Source of the DNA: Octopus vulgaris
Taxonomy: Eukaryota
Reading direction: 5' to 3'
Length of the DNA stretch: 64,000 nt
NCBI GenBank assembly: GCA_951406725.2
Contig: OX597815.1
Location: 24,738,001 to 24,802,000, forward strand
Shown: positions 50,722 to 64,000 of the stretch, piece by piece
How the letters are laid out: every line of letters begins with the position of its first letter
Position numbering within the stretch: the first letter of the stretch is position 1
The notes under the pieces: model-generated
The model's input: the letters and a program-made list of their open reading frames with translations, nothing else
What the model was told of the DNA's origin: nothing
Databases searched by the model: none
Translations under genes and position numbers: made by a program

Positions 50722-51110
50722 ATTCTTTTCTACTCTAGGCACAAGGCCCGAAATTTTGGGGGGAGAGGGCCAGTCGATTAGATCAACCTCAGTAAGCAAC
50801 TGGTACTTAATTTATCGACCAAGAAAGGATGAAAGGCAAAGTTGACCTCGGCAGAATTTGAACTCATAACGTAGTGACAAACGAAATGCCTATTTCTTTA
50901 CTACCCACAAGGAGCTAAACACAGAGGGGACAAACAAGGACAGACAAACGGATGAAGTCAATTACATCGACCCCAGTATGTACTTAATTTATGGACCATG
51001 AAAGGATGAAAGGCAAAGTCAACCTCGGCACAATTCTAACTCAGAATGTAAAGACAGACGAAGTACTGCTGAGCATTTCGCCCCGCGTGCTAATGTTTCT
51101 GCCAGCTCAG
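50722..51110 (-). mobile_element. Family-C SINE, dimeric with a different terminal tail
   Basis: Same junction as the other dimers, but the second body ends CCCAAAATTTCGGGCCTTGTGCCTAGAGTAGAAAAGAAT. Confidence 0.83.
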
Positions 51111-51663
51111 CTAAAACTTCATTATCTAATGTATTTCCTTTTTAAAGACAAAAGCTTGGGATTTAAATCATTGAAATCACCTATCCTTTCCTTCCTTCTT
51201 GATCCACAATTTATATTCTCCCTTCTACTTACTTGTACCTTCAATGTGTCCTCTAGTACCCTGTCACCATCACCTCTATTTCCAAACTACTCTCATCCTA
51301 CCATAATATGGAGTAGCCATGCACTTCCTCTATAGCAAGGCACCTGTGCCTGTCCCACTATCATATTTCAGCCTTCAACACCTGGTATAAAGCCACCTTG
51401 ACCTTCTCAAATATACTCCCACTCCCTCAAGGATTTGTTTTCCACTTTTCCTTTCATTACTTTGTCTTACAAGTTACTTGGTGACCTCATTAGTGTCACT
51501 GTCACACACACACAAAAACCCACCCAATATACATTGTAAAGAAGCATTAGGAAGGGTAGAAACCATGTCAAAGCTAACATTGAGGTCTGATGCAGTTCAG
51601 TCCCTTGCTAATGATGATGATGAAGCATGATGAAGCATATTGTGTGTATATATATATATATAT

Positions 51664-51847
51664 ATCATCATCATCATCATTTAGTGTCCGCTTTCCATGC
51701 TAGCATGGGTTGGACGGTTCAACTGGGGTCTGGGAAGCCAGAATGCTGCACCAAGCCCAGTCTGATCTGGCAATGTTTCTACGGCTGGATGCCCTTCTTA
51801 ACGCCAACCACTCTGTGAGTGTAGTGGGTGCTTTTTACGTGCCACCG
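51664..51847 (-). mobile_element. Family-A retroposon, subfamily A1, truncated within the first array core
   Basis: A body, ending at GTGCCACCG on +. Confidence 0.85.
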
Positions 51848-52624
51848 AGACCCAAAGGTGTCAGGTAATGCTGAATAAGTGCTATAGGCAGGCCATAGTT
51901 AAGTTCCAGATTCAGTAATATTGTGAATAAAGTGTTCAACATTGGTTCTATGTCAGCGCATGTGTGTGTGTATATATATATATATAAAGCTATTTTCTGT
52001 GGTAAACACAAGAAGCAGAGTATGAAGAACAATACCGGTTAGATTCTTGACATGTATAAATCATACTGCAGATACTCAAGGTCAAGTTGTCTTAATGCAG
52101 CTTATTACCAAATCAGATGACAATTTTATAGTGAAAATATGGTGAAGCCCACTATTACTGCATTACTAACTATCACTCTGTTTTTTTTTTGTTTTTGCAA
52201 TACCAAGAAGTTCAAGGTAAACTAGAAGCCTGTTTACTCTTTTGATGGATATCAATAAAATGATATAATAAATATCTTTTTCTCTTGTCAATCTTCAAAT
52301 ATAAACTTTATTTTAAATGTTTCTTTTCTTAATTTATATTTTATAGGAAATGTTGAAATGTTAGGTTGTCAGGCAACTTTTTAAATAATGCTAGTTTAAA
52401 CTGGAGTGAGCAAAGAAAATACATAAAATTTAGAATAACTAACGCTTAGAAAAAAAATTACAATCATCTCTACTGGTTGAAGGTGTGACTCTGTAGTTAA
52501 GAATTTTATTATCCAATGACATAGTTTCAGGTTCAGTCCCACTTTGGGCAAGTGACTATAACCTGAGGTCAAACAAAGTGTGGAGTGAATTTAGTATACA
52601 GAAACTGAAAACAACTTGTCATTC

Positions 52625-52659
<35 letters not shown>

Positions 52660-53343
52660 CACGCATGCATGTACATAAGTGTGTCTGTTTACATTTGAGC
52701 TCTACAAAAGGTGTTTGTTCTGAGTGATGTTGTTTCTGTTACTTTTTCCTGTAAGGAAATCAGCTGTTCACTCTGCACTTTTGAAAATAAGTGGAATCAA
52801 AGATCTCTTACTTGAAAAACAGGTAAGGATTACTAACTAGAAGGACATCTAGCTGTAAAAGAGTGTCTCAATAATGCTAGTTTAAACCATGCTAACATGG
52901 AAAATTAGATGTAAAACAATGTTCAGACATTGAAAGTAACCTACTTCAGAAAAATAAACACTAGAGTAAAAAAATATTTAAAAAATATTTTGGCAGATGG
53001 ATAAGATGACAGACACATTGAAATTTGTGTGAAAATATGAGAAAGAATGCACAGAGTGGACAAATTTGAGAATTTAGGAATTTTAAACAATGTGATCAAG
53101 TTAAATAAATTTATATGACAGATGATAGAAAAAATAGTTTAAATAGATTAGCATTTAAAAAAAAATTAATATTACAGTTTGTTGAAGTTATCACAAATGA
53201 GGTGGGAAGACACTGTATAATCTATATATTAGGAAACAAATATAAAGGATCTGAAAAATTTGGATTTTGCAGACAAACAGTTCAATATTAAAGACTGATT
53301 CTGTGCTTACATTTGCTGAATTGTTGAACCTACAGTTTGCTAT

Positions 53344-53693
53344 GGATGGAAGCACTCCATCGGTTACGACGACGAGGGTTCCAGTTGATCCGATCAACAG
53401 AACAGCCTGCTTGTGAAATTAACGTGTAAGTGGCTGAGCACTCCACAGACACGTGTACCCTTAACGTAGTTCTCGGGGATATTCAGCGTGACACAGAGAG
53501 TGACAGGAAGTAAGAGTGAGAGAAAGTTGTGGTGAAAAGTACAGCAGGAATCACCACCATCCTTGCCGGAGCCTCGTGGAGCTTTAGGTGTTTTCGCTCA
53601 ATAAACACTCACAATACCCGGTCTGGGAATCGAAACTGCGATCCTACGACCGTGAGTCCGCTGCCCTAACCACTGGGCCATTGCGCCTCCACA
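53344..53693 (-). mobile_element. tRNA-derived SINE, head D with tail Y, 13-bp TSD
   Basis: TSD TACAGTTTGCTAT at 53331-53343 and 53694-53706. Head matches ~12995-13182 and tail matches ~3992-4140. Confidence 0.88.
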
Positions 53694-54709
53694 TACAGTT
53701 TGCTATATATATTTGAACATTTCACTCCTGTAACAGATGACTGTCTCTTTACATTATTATAGCTATGTTGTTATTACAGACAAATCTTAGAATCAACTAG
53801 AGTAAAATAAAAAATTATATAAGTATGTGTTTATGTGCACCTTCCACCAACTATTCCAATAGCAGAAACATAAAAAAAGACTGAGATAAAAAGAAAATGC
53901 TGTTGGAGATGGCTACCAGAGACTTGCAGATCATTGCCAAATGATTTAGTAGTTCATAGCTTTGGTTTTAAAAATCTGTAAGAGTGATACAATGAACATC
54001 AGTGCTATACTGGTGCCCAACTTTACTTCTTCCTTTTTCACTCTGACCTGTGTTACCTTTAAATGTAATCATCTTTTATGACTGTACAACAAATGTAGTA
54101 AGCCACACATCTCACAGGTGTGTGCTGTATAATCCACAATAAGTGTTTTAAGAGAGTGTAATTGCTGACTCTTGAAAAAGTATACAATTCTATTACAGCC
54201 TTTAGCAAGTCTGAGCAAAAGACTGGAATTGGTGAATTCTTGCAGACAATTCCCCTTTCTATTGTATTTTATTGAGGAATTTCAAACTATCAAATGGGTA
54301 AAATGGTTTATTTCTACACAAGTTTGCCATCCCTTGACTGATAGTCATATAGATAAAAGATAAATATTCATTAATTTATAAACACTAAAGTTTCCTTAAC
54401 CAAAGCAGTCTCCCTTTACTTACATGTACTTTGCATACATAGTACTGAAAACATGAATATATCACATATTTTTGCATGTAAGTACATGAAAATATATGTT
54501 CTGCACATAACAAATTGAATAGAGAAATGTATGTTTTCTAATAATTTTTTAACAACTAATCAAATCTCTACATGTTGTTGACTAATTATATTTTGATGTA
54601 TTTGCAAATATTTTTACTAATATAGTGTAACATTCTTTCCCTGCTTCAACCATTGGAATGAACAGTAATATGAAAGGCATACGAAAGGTATGTATGTATC
54701 TATATGTAT

Positions 54710-54764
<55 letters not shown>

Positions 54765-57700
54765 ATTTAAAATATTTTCATGTCAATTGTTTTATGAATT
54801 ACATTAAGCTGAGTCAGTGGTTTCATTCCATAGCTTATCAATCATACAAATAATATAAATATTGTGTAAATAATACATCATCTCTTCAATTTCATTCTGT
54901 ATTTATAGCATTACATACTCAAACAGTAGCAGGAAAACATTATAAACATATCTTTAAAACATTTAAACAGTTCACCTATGAAACTGTACTATGGCCTCTT
55001 GCAATTTTCCTTAAAGCAATACAGACTGAACCAAGCCAGATTAAGCTTGTGTAAGGAAAATATTATTTGTTTATATTTAAGTTCATTGCATGCACTGTTA
55101 GAAGATATATCCTTGAAATTTCTATAGTGATGGCACAGTAAAATATATATTTGTAACAATTAACATTGAACTTTATATGAGAAACATTAAGTGAAGCTTG
55201 ACATTTCAATAAAATTATATTTTTGATATTTGCCATGGAGAAACTTGTTTGCTAAACTGGAAATGTTTATTTCTTGTAGTAATTTATATTTCATGCTCAC
55301 TAGAGCAAAACTGTTTAATCTGCATTAAGCTTTAATGATTTTTCACTTTCTTACCTTTATGAGTTATAAAAGCAACCATTCTGCACTTAAGTTTATAATT
55401 GTTAAATTTAGAAAGGGACCGGGTGTTGTGATTTACTGTACTTAAGATGCACCAGGCTAAGTCAACTCACTGTCATTCATACATATATGCTTGTCCTTTA
55501 CAGGTGCCAGTGCCACATAAAATGCACTCATGCAGGTGCTGCATAAATGCACCCATGCAGGTGGCACATAGAAAGCACCCAGCCAAAGAAACCATGCCAC
55601 AACAGACAACTGGAGTCTGGACAGCTGCCCAGCTCCATGTCAAACCATCCAACCTATGCCTGCATGGAAAATGGACATTAAACAATGATGATGATGAAGT
55701 AAATAACATGATTGGGCTTTTTTTTTTTTCTCATGCTTTCTTCCAAATCTGCAGCACAGACAGAAACAAGATTGAAAGGCCTCCTTACATCAACTTCATA
55801 TTTAAATGGTTTTAACACATAAAAAATAATTATGTATTGCTCACTCCTTGATAGTCGATAATAATTTTACCAAAGCAATAATCAGATTTTTCACATTTAA
55901 AAGATGTAAATCGTAAATTTTTGAAATGGGGTTTGTGTTTCACCAGCACTAGACATACCTTACTTCTAAATTGACCTGTTGCCCTCAGTTTTATTGCTTC
56001 TCACAGTCAACTGTCACAGTAAACAAGATATGTCATGTTTTGTTCCATCTGATTAAATAAATCATATCATCTAAGTGTATCCAAGCATGGCCACATGTAA
56101 TATGTTGTGTTTAAATCTTAGACAGGAAATTTTAGAGTAATATTGATTTATCATCATCATCATCATCATTTTATGTTCATTGTCCATGCTGGCATGGGAT
56201 GGATGGTTTGACTGGGCTGGCACGCTGGAAGGTTGAACCAGACTCCAGTTGGATTTGGCATAGTTTTCTATGGCTGGATGCCCTTCCTAATACCAACCAC
56301 TCTGAAAGTGTAATGGGTGCTTTCACATGCCATTTGCATGACACTGGTATCTGCTATGACTGTAATTTTGCTTGGCTTGCAGTCGTGACAGATACTGGTG
56401 TCAGGTAAGTTGGCACCCATGCTGGTGGTACATAAATGCACCCCAGCATCACACAAATAGCACCTGTGTCAGTGGCACATCATAGAATGCCTATAGCCCA
56501 TGTAAGAACTCCCACATGGTGATATAAATAAGGTTTTGTTTTCTATAGGTAAAGGCTTAAGGGTAATGTATGAATTAATATAAGATTCTGTAAGATATTG
56601 TAGCAATAACAAATAGTAAGAGTAGAGTAGGAATTTAGAGTAGGGTCTACATAAAAGGCAAGTTCAAAAGAGAATAATCTTTGTAGTAGTTGTACAAAAG
56701 AAAAGAGGACAAAGCACATCAAGAGCATATGTTTGTAAGATGTTGGTGCATAAAAGTTTGCTTATATGCTAGCTGACACATTTCTTTCTTTTTTCTTTGA
56801 TTGTCTTAGTAAATTTTTTAGGAGGCAGCTGCACTATTCCAGAATGTATTCATTACCCTATAGCAAGGAACATTCATGCCGTGGAAGGAGATTAGCAAAT
56901 ATTTAAATTTTTCTGACTCTGAAGAATTGCACTTTTAAGGGATGCAGTCTTGAATATTTTTAGAGCATAAAGACTTTAGCTGTGTTAATGATTAGGGAGA
57001 AAGAGTGGTAGCTTTGTTTTTTGACATGTATAATAACTAAGTCTTAGTGGTGTTTTAGTCTGGGTTGTTATGCCCTCCTTGCAAAATATTTTCCAAGTTA
57101 TCTCTTCATAGATGTTATATATTAGTATAAGCATATAGATTACATATGGATAATGCTTATGTATATAAGATTAAAGAAGAGTGAAGATTTATATCATCTC
57201 CCTAGGAATGTGTATGGCATGAAATAATGACAAAAAAAAAGAAAGATTGGTATCAAACACAAGAAAGAATTTAAAGGATGTAATCCTACCAGAATATACA
57301 TCAGAGTAGACTAAGGATTGTTGACACAATCTGTAATGGTCTGACAAGAAACTTCTAATCCAGCAAATGAAAACAGAGGGATTTTTATAAGAATATTTCT
57401 ATGTCAAAAGCTCTAAATATCAACTAAACCTCTATCTAGTAGGTTTAGTCAATGTTGAGAGCAACAATTTTACTTTTATTGAAGTTCACAAGAGTAAGTA
57501 ACCAATTAGCATGTGTAGCATAAAGTTTCCAGTAACATCAACACTATAGTAACCATGCTGTTGGTCTCACCTCAATCATCTCTGAAATGTTAGTTGTGAT
57601 CTGATTGGTATGTCTATGCATGTTGGGGCAGAAAGAGAAAAGAAAAGTATTTGGAGAGGATAGGGCAATTTGAATAGGATAGCAGAAATATCATATTGTT

Positions 57701-57903
57701 TAGCCACTTTTTTAAAGGCTCAAAAGAACAATACTCAAAGGCACAGTCACATTTGAATTCTAGCTTATTTTTTTTAACAATTTGTCTCATGATAGCTGTT
57801 ATTTGAATATTATTCCTGGACAGCTAAAAAATGGTCTACAAAATTAGGACAGATTACAGCAATAAAAAAAATATGCATATATTAAAAGAAAATGTTATCA
57901 AAC

Positions 57904-57974
57904 CTCTGAATTTTTTGGGTGGATTTGTAATATCTCCAGCATCTGGTTGTACAACACATCTGTCATCCACAAGT
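57904..57974 (-). CDS. ITPR: Inositol 1,4,5-trisphosphate receptor, internal coding exon (71 nt, suppressor domain)
   Basis: Minus strand reads ttgtgttctctttcag|ACTTGTGGATGACAGATGT...AAATTCAGAG|gtttga, giving (G)[23 protein letters not shown](D). This closely matches the IP3R N-terminal motif [24 protein letters not shown]. It has an AG acceptor with a pyrimidine tract and a GT donor, and its phase-1 end joins the exon at 13456. Confidence 0.96.
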
Positions 57975-58272
57975 CTGAAAGAGAACACAACAAAAGCATT
58001 GTTAAAACTTAATGACTTTGACATTGTATAATGTTTTAGTTACACTAGAGACCTAAGTTATTCTTTTACAATTTTACTGGGTTCAACAATTAATTGAACC
58101 GTGATCATGCTGAGGTGCCACTTTCAATTCCAGTCAATTCTAGTAATTATTTTAGTCTGGTACTTTGTTGTATCAATCTATATTTATTGGATGGTTAAGT
58201 TACCATCTTGATACAACACCAAGTTTTGCACTAATTAAACATAAACCCAAACGTAGACACAGACATACATGG

Positions 58273-58307
<35 letters not shown>

Positions 58308-58771
58308 AATACACACACACATGCACACAGAAAAGCACACGCACATATGACAGGCTTCCATACAATATCCATGTACCAAATTCCACTCACTAATATTAGT
58401 TAACCCAAGTAGAAGAATTTACCCAAAGTACTACACAGTGGGATCAGATCTCAAACCACATGGTTACAAAGTGAAATTCTAAACCAACAACCATTGCCTA
58501 CAGTTTGTACACACACACACATACATGCATATATGTGTGTGTGTGTGTGTGTGTCAAAAAGTGAAAGAAAGTAGCACTCAACACATGCACAGTTGTAAGT
58601 ACTTAATAACAGGTTGATTCAGCTTCCTATTCATAGGTACAGATGAATGACTACATCTTCAGAGGTATGGAGTCTGAATAGGAGCAATTTGAATACAGCT
58701 TCTGAGAACATTTTGAGACTTCTACTCATCAGTTCAGGTCAAGTGAATGGTTTGATAAAATAGCAACATCA

Positions 58772-59168
58772 GCATCATCATCATTGTTTAACGTCCATTT
58801 TCCATGCTTGCATGGGTTGGACGATTTGACTGAGGGCTGGCAAACCAGATGGCTGCACCAGGCTCCAATCTTGATCTGGCAGAGTTTCTACAGCTGAATG
58901 CCCTTCCTAACGCCAACCACTCCAAGAGTGTAGTGGGTGCTTTCATGTGCCACTGGCACGGGGGCCAGTCAGGCAACACTGGCAACGACCTTGCTCGAAT
59001 CTTTTTACACATGCCACCAGCACAAGTGCCAGTAAGGCGACGTTGGTAACGATCACGCTTGAATGGTGCCTTTTACATGCCACTGGCACTGAAGCCAGTT
59101 AGCCACTCTGGCAATGATCACACTCGTATGGTGCTCTTTGCACTCTGCTAGCACGGATACCAGTCATC
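58772..59168 (-). mobile_element. Family-A retroposon, subfamily A2
   Basis: Reverse complement of 25792-26250, with the same unit order. Confidence 0.87.
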
Positions 59169-61449
59169 AAAAACTATCTGTCAGAAGTGGGAATTATAAT
59201 GTGTGTGTGTGTGAGCAAGCATGCATGTGAGAGAGAGAGAGAGAGAGATTTTAAGTGGTAGAGGAGACATCTAGTGGCACCAGGAAGCATGAGTAGCTAA
59301 CCTTTATATTACAGGCATTAAAGAGCTTATGATTTTACAAATACATGCATATATTTCTTATTGGGTCCTCCAACTTACACTAAGGTAAAAAGTTAATTTC
59401 TGACATTTGCACGTTAGCAACATAACTGAATGCAAATCATAGATGCGGCTCACTTGCTTTTTAAAGTGCACTTTATCAGTAGTTAAAAAAGAAAATTGCT
59501 CATATGTATAAGTGCCTATCTATATATATGCAAGTTCTCGTAATAATGATAGAGGTAGTGGAAGAAAGGTATAGTTGATACAATACTTGAAGAGGAAGAG
59601 GTTAGTGTGTTACAGGAAAACATAAGAAGGAAGGAAGTTCTTCAGGTTGTTGGACTACAAAATGAAGGCCTTCATATGTGTGATGCAGAGGTTTGTGCAA
59701 AGAAACCCAGTAGAAGTAATGAAAAACAGAATTGTTTTTCATTTTCAGAATTTTAACACCAAGAGGTTGCTGCTAAAATGTAATCTTTATGGAAGTGCAA
59801 TATCCAAACGAGCATGATATTTGTTTAACTATTTAATTACAATTAATTTGTGGAAAGAAATCAATATAGAAAACACCTACAACAATAATAAATTTGAAAA
59901 AAAATGGAAGTATACTAACAAGCGTTCAACACAATGAATTTTTGTATCTAAACATATGAAATCAATATGGAATGAATCTATAACAGGTATTAACACTTTA
60001 TAATAAATGTACAGGTTTTAATAGTTTATAATTGATGTACAACAGCATGTACACAAGCTGAAATATATTATACATGTGAGAATATAGAACAAGTATATCT
60101 TCAAACAGTCTGCAACAGATGTATGTTTACAAACATTTTTTTCAAATAAAATGTTTCACAGCTGTCTCTAAGTGAATGGAAGATTCAAACTGTATGATTT
60201 TAATCTTTTTTTCATGAGGACTTGTGAGAAAATTTTAAAAACAAACCAGTGTGATTGCTAGAATGAAGAATTTAGAAAATTGCTCTGATGACATACCAGT
60301 CATAGTTTAGCATGTCTGAATTTATGGTTCAAACTGATACTTTTTCCTTAAGGAGAAAAGTGTGTTAAGAGAGAATGACTAAAATCTGCAGTGGATTTTC
60401 AGGTTTTTTATTCTTTTTAAATAATAATTCAACCATGAAACCTTCAGAATAAATTTTAAGAATATAAAAAAGTCAAGAAATGCAACTATAACCTTAAATA
60501 CCAATTGCTCTTCATCAAATAGACATGGAAATAATCTACATCCTGTTATATGTTCCCAGAAATTCAAATAATGAAACTAAACCTTAGTTTTCTATATTGT
60601 TAGCTTCAGTAATCAATGAGATATTTGATACCTATCTCAATGATCTATTTCTGATATATAAAACACACTCTTGCTAAGCAAACTAGCTGCCTTGTTACAC
60701 TACAGCTTGCCTGAGCAACATTTAAACAACGTTTATTCTCATCCCCTCTTCCATACTTCATACTTGTAGCCAATGTTTCTTGAATATCTTCAAACCAATG
60801 TAAACAAAGAGCTATTCTTCCTTAAATATATATCGAGAAAATTACATTTTAAATACAAGTATGCAATAAACAAAGCATGAAGAAGGGTGCTTTATAGTTT
60901 CTATAATCAAGCTATTTATATAATTAACTATTCCCAATAGACCTTTGGTGAGGAAATATCAATCAGATCGTTTTCAAGCTGAGTAAATAGGGTTATTAAA
61001 AGCATTGAAGGTGTTTTCATATGTCAATATATCATATGTAAATAGCATGTGCAATATGTTATGTGTAAGTATAGTACTTTCACAGTTGGTTTTAGAGAAC
61101 ACAGAACAATAGAAGTGTAAAGGTAGCATATGTCTAGAAATGGAAGGTGAATGATAATAATTAACTTATTGATTCATTAGCTACCATTACACTATTCTGG
61201 TTAGAATGGTATTGTGGTTGTTAAATGGAATTATCATGAGACCATCATCATCATCGTCATTTAACGTCTATTTTCAATGTTGGCATGGTTGGACACTTTT
61301 ACCAGAAGTGATAAAGCCAGGAGTTGCACCAGGCTCCATTGTCTGTTCTGGCATGGTTTCTATTGCTGGATGCCCTTCCTAGTGCCAACTACTTTACAGA
61401 GTGTGTTGGGTGATTTTTATGTGGCACAAGCGTTGATATCAATGTGTAG

Positions 61450-61548
61450 TGATTAAAATATGAGTGAAACATTGTTAACGATTTGCCAAAGTCCAGTATG
61501 ATTAAAATATGAGTGAAACATTGTTAACGATTTGCCAAAGTCCAGTAT
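61450..61548. repeat. Perfect 49-nt tandem duplication
   Basis: TGATTAAAATATGAGTGAAACATTGTTAACGATTTGCCAAAGTCCAGTA occurs twice. Confidence 0.95.
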
Positions 61549-63327
61549 AATTTAATTATACAGGTTCTTGCCTTCTTAAGTAATTTAATGTTGAGGATAG
61601 TAGTCTATGCAAATATCTAAAATGAGACTGTTGGATGAGAAAGAATACGAACATTTGGATAATAAAAAGCATAGCACAAAATTAACTTATGTTTGATTCA
61701 AATCATTTGGGGTATATTTGTAAAATGCTATTTGTAAAAGGAGTGCATAGCTGCAATAGATCAGGAAACACAGCAATAAATACTTTTCAATCAATATCTA
61801 ATCCCATGAGTGACATTGTATCTAAAAATATGAAACTTGATTCAGCAGGACTAAGTTTACCTAGCTGTCAGACATAGATATCAAGTATTGTAAAACTATC
61901 TGCAATAGATTGGCATCTAATCTGCAACGAGATTGATTTTTCAACCCCCAAAATTGATTTTAATCTTTGACCAGAAACCTATCCCGTGTGATTAGGATGG
62001 CATATATATTCTCCGATTGTTTTGGAAACTTAAATATTTAATGCTACTGACATGTGGAAGCATCATTATGAGAAATGTGTACGAGAAAAACCATACACAA
62101 CAATTTCATCTATTATCTGTGACTATGTGTCAAAATATAATCATAATGAGTAAAACTTTTACTAAAAGCGATTACCTCAACATTCACACCATACAACATT
62201 CAAATACCATTAAACTCTGTCGTTCAGTTTTATCTGTTAACCTAGAAAAAAATATTCGTCATCACCATCATTTCACATCTACTTTTTTATGCTTGCATGG
62301 ATCAGATGGAATTTGCTGAACCAGATTTTCTGTAGCTGGATGTTACTGATAATGCTGCTCAGTTATAACCATTCCATGATATCAGACAAAGGTACACAGT
62401 ACAAACAAACACACACTTGTGCACATACACACATAGACACACACACACACATATATAAACATATTACAAGCTTCTTCCAGTTTTCATCTACCAAATCCAC
62501 TTACAAGACTTTGGTAAGCCTAGTGCTATAGTAGAAGACACTTGCCCTAGGTGTCATGGTGTAGAACTGAACCAGAGACCTCATGGTTAGGAATCAAGCT
62601 TTTCAACCACACTTGCAGATATAGTTATTCCTTTCCTTGTATTAATGGGGGAAAATTAAAGCCATTTTCAATATCAAGTAACATCAATTAGTGTTTGGAA
62701 ATCTTATAGTATATTTTGCAAAATCCTGGAACAACTTGTTAGAAGATCACCTTTGATTTTCTATGTAATACTCTATATCACTTTTCCTGTGTCTCTGGAA
62801 TCTCTGCATAGATTTGCAGCCCAGTAAATATGTATCCAAACAAATAAGTAATACCAGAAATTAATGTGTTAATTGAATATTAAATTAAAATTTATTCTCG
62901 CTCCTTCCATTAAACAATTTTCTTCTTCAATGGACCTGGGCCTGCAAGAAGTGCATCCAACATAGGAAATCTATAATAAGCCCAAAATTTTTCTTTTTTT
63001 TTTCCTTCCACTTACATTAGATAATAACACACACACACAAAATAAACATTGTTGTTTTGTAACCTCAATCAATACCACCTTTTCCCCTACCATGAGTGTT
63101 GTTGTGTCTATAAAAAGCTTAATTTTACAAGACTAAGTTTACCTAGCTGTCAGATATGAATATCAGATCTTGGGAAACTGTCGGCAATAGATTGGCATTT
63201 AATCCACAAAAAGCACTGACATTTCATCCACTTGATGCTTTCAAATCCATGAGATAATCATCAAATTTATAAGTCCAGATGACTCAAGGAAATATTTATC
63301 ACTTAATTTGGATTATGTAGAGAACTG

Positions 63328-63515
63328 AAGATGGGCAATGAGAAAATTAGGAGTGGAGGAACAGTTGGTTAAAATAATGATATTGATCTAAGAGAGTGCA
63401 AATACACAATCATAAAACTGAAGGACAGGAATAACAATGAGTTTGATGTTGAAGACTAGAGTGAATCAAGGGTTAAATATTAAACCCATTACTACTTGTA
63501 GTTGTAATGGAGGTC
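63328..63515 (+). mobile_element. RTE-clade reverse transcriptase fragment
   Basis: WAMRKLGVEEQLVK...NEFDV...VNQG..LNPLLLVVVME (frameshifted), matching the RTE pattern WWAMRKLGVEEWLV / GVHQGSVLSPLLF. Confidence 0.7.
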
Positions 63516-63557
63516 AAATGGAGGGTTTACCTCAGGAGTGGTTATATGCATGGCAGT

Positions 63558-64000
63558 CATCATCATCATCATCATCATCGTTTAACGTCCGCTTTCCATG
63601 TTAGCATGGGTTGGATGAATGACTGAGGGCTGGCGAACCAGATGGCTGCACCAGGCTTCAATCTTGATCTGGCAGAGTTTCTACAGCTGGATGCCCTTCC
63701 TAACGCCAACCACTCTGAGAGTGTAGAGGGTGCTTTTACATGCCACTGCCACGGGGGCTAGTCAGGCGGTACTGGCAACGACCTTGCACAAATCTTTTAC
63801 ACATGCCACTGACACAGGTGCCAGTAAGGCAATGCTGGTAATGATCACACTCGAATGGTGCCTTATATGTTCCACCGGCATGGAGGCCAGTTAGCCGCTC
63901 TGGCAATGATCACACTTGGATGGTGCTCTTAATACCCTACTAGCACGGGGCCCAAGTGCCAGTAGTGCGATGCTGGTAACGATCACACTCGAATGGTGCC
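63558..64000 (-). mobile_element. Family-A retroposon, subfamily A2; array runs off the window edge
   Basis: (CAT)n, A2 body and successive array units in the same order as 25792-26250. Confidence 0.87.

Noticed and set aside
56520-57110. Strand-biased stretch that may be an old LINE relic (likewise ~59500-59720)
   Set aside because: Too degraded for me to assign motifs reliably, so it is not listed as a feature.
57831-58031. Plus-strand 66-aa ORF
   Set aside because: It is the antisense shadow of the ITPR exon, with no independent support.
57975-64000. Search for the ITPR ATG exon (expected FLHIGD..SLYAEG..GFISTLG)
   Set aside because: No matching sequence was found by eye; it presumably lies beyond the window end.

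Overview
AT-rich, repeat-dense animal genomic DNA. The SINE repertoire and microsatellite load suggest an octopus or another coleoid cephalopod (inference). The only host protein-coding sequence I can support is two small minus-strand exons of the inositol 1,4,5-trisphosphate receptor (ITPR) N-terminal suppressor domain: 57904-57974 ([24 protein letters not shown]) and 13344-13456 ([38 protein letters not shown]). They join in frame across a 44,447-nt intron, and neither appears as such in the ORF track. The ATG exon and the next downstream exon were not found, so the whole window appears to lie inside the ITPR gene. The rest is a stratified set of mobile-element relics: several tRNA-headed SINE families with exchangeable head and tail modules, a (GAT)n-tailed retroposon carrying a tandem array of ~65-nt double-hairpin units, DD37D (maT) and DD36E Tc1/mariner elements, a Buster/Charlie-like hAT nested in a LINE, CR1, RTE and R4/Dong-like LINE relics, Helitron-like elements, MITEs and microsatellites. 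Nearly all listed ORFs are repeat or microsatellite artefacts. I found no convincing new protein-coding system. The best leads are SINE module shuffling, a SINE-LINE shared 3' hairpin with compensatory changes, a TSD-flanked chimeric SINE and the hairpin-array retroposon. Family letters A-F are my own labels, and relic boundaries are approximate.
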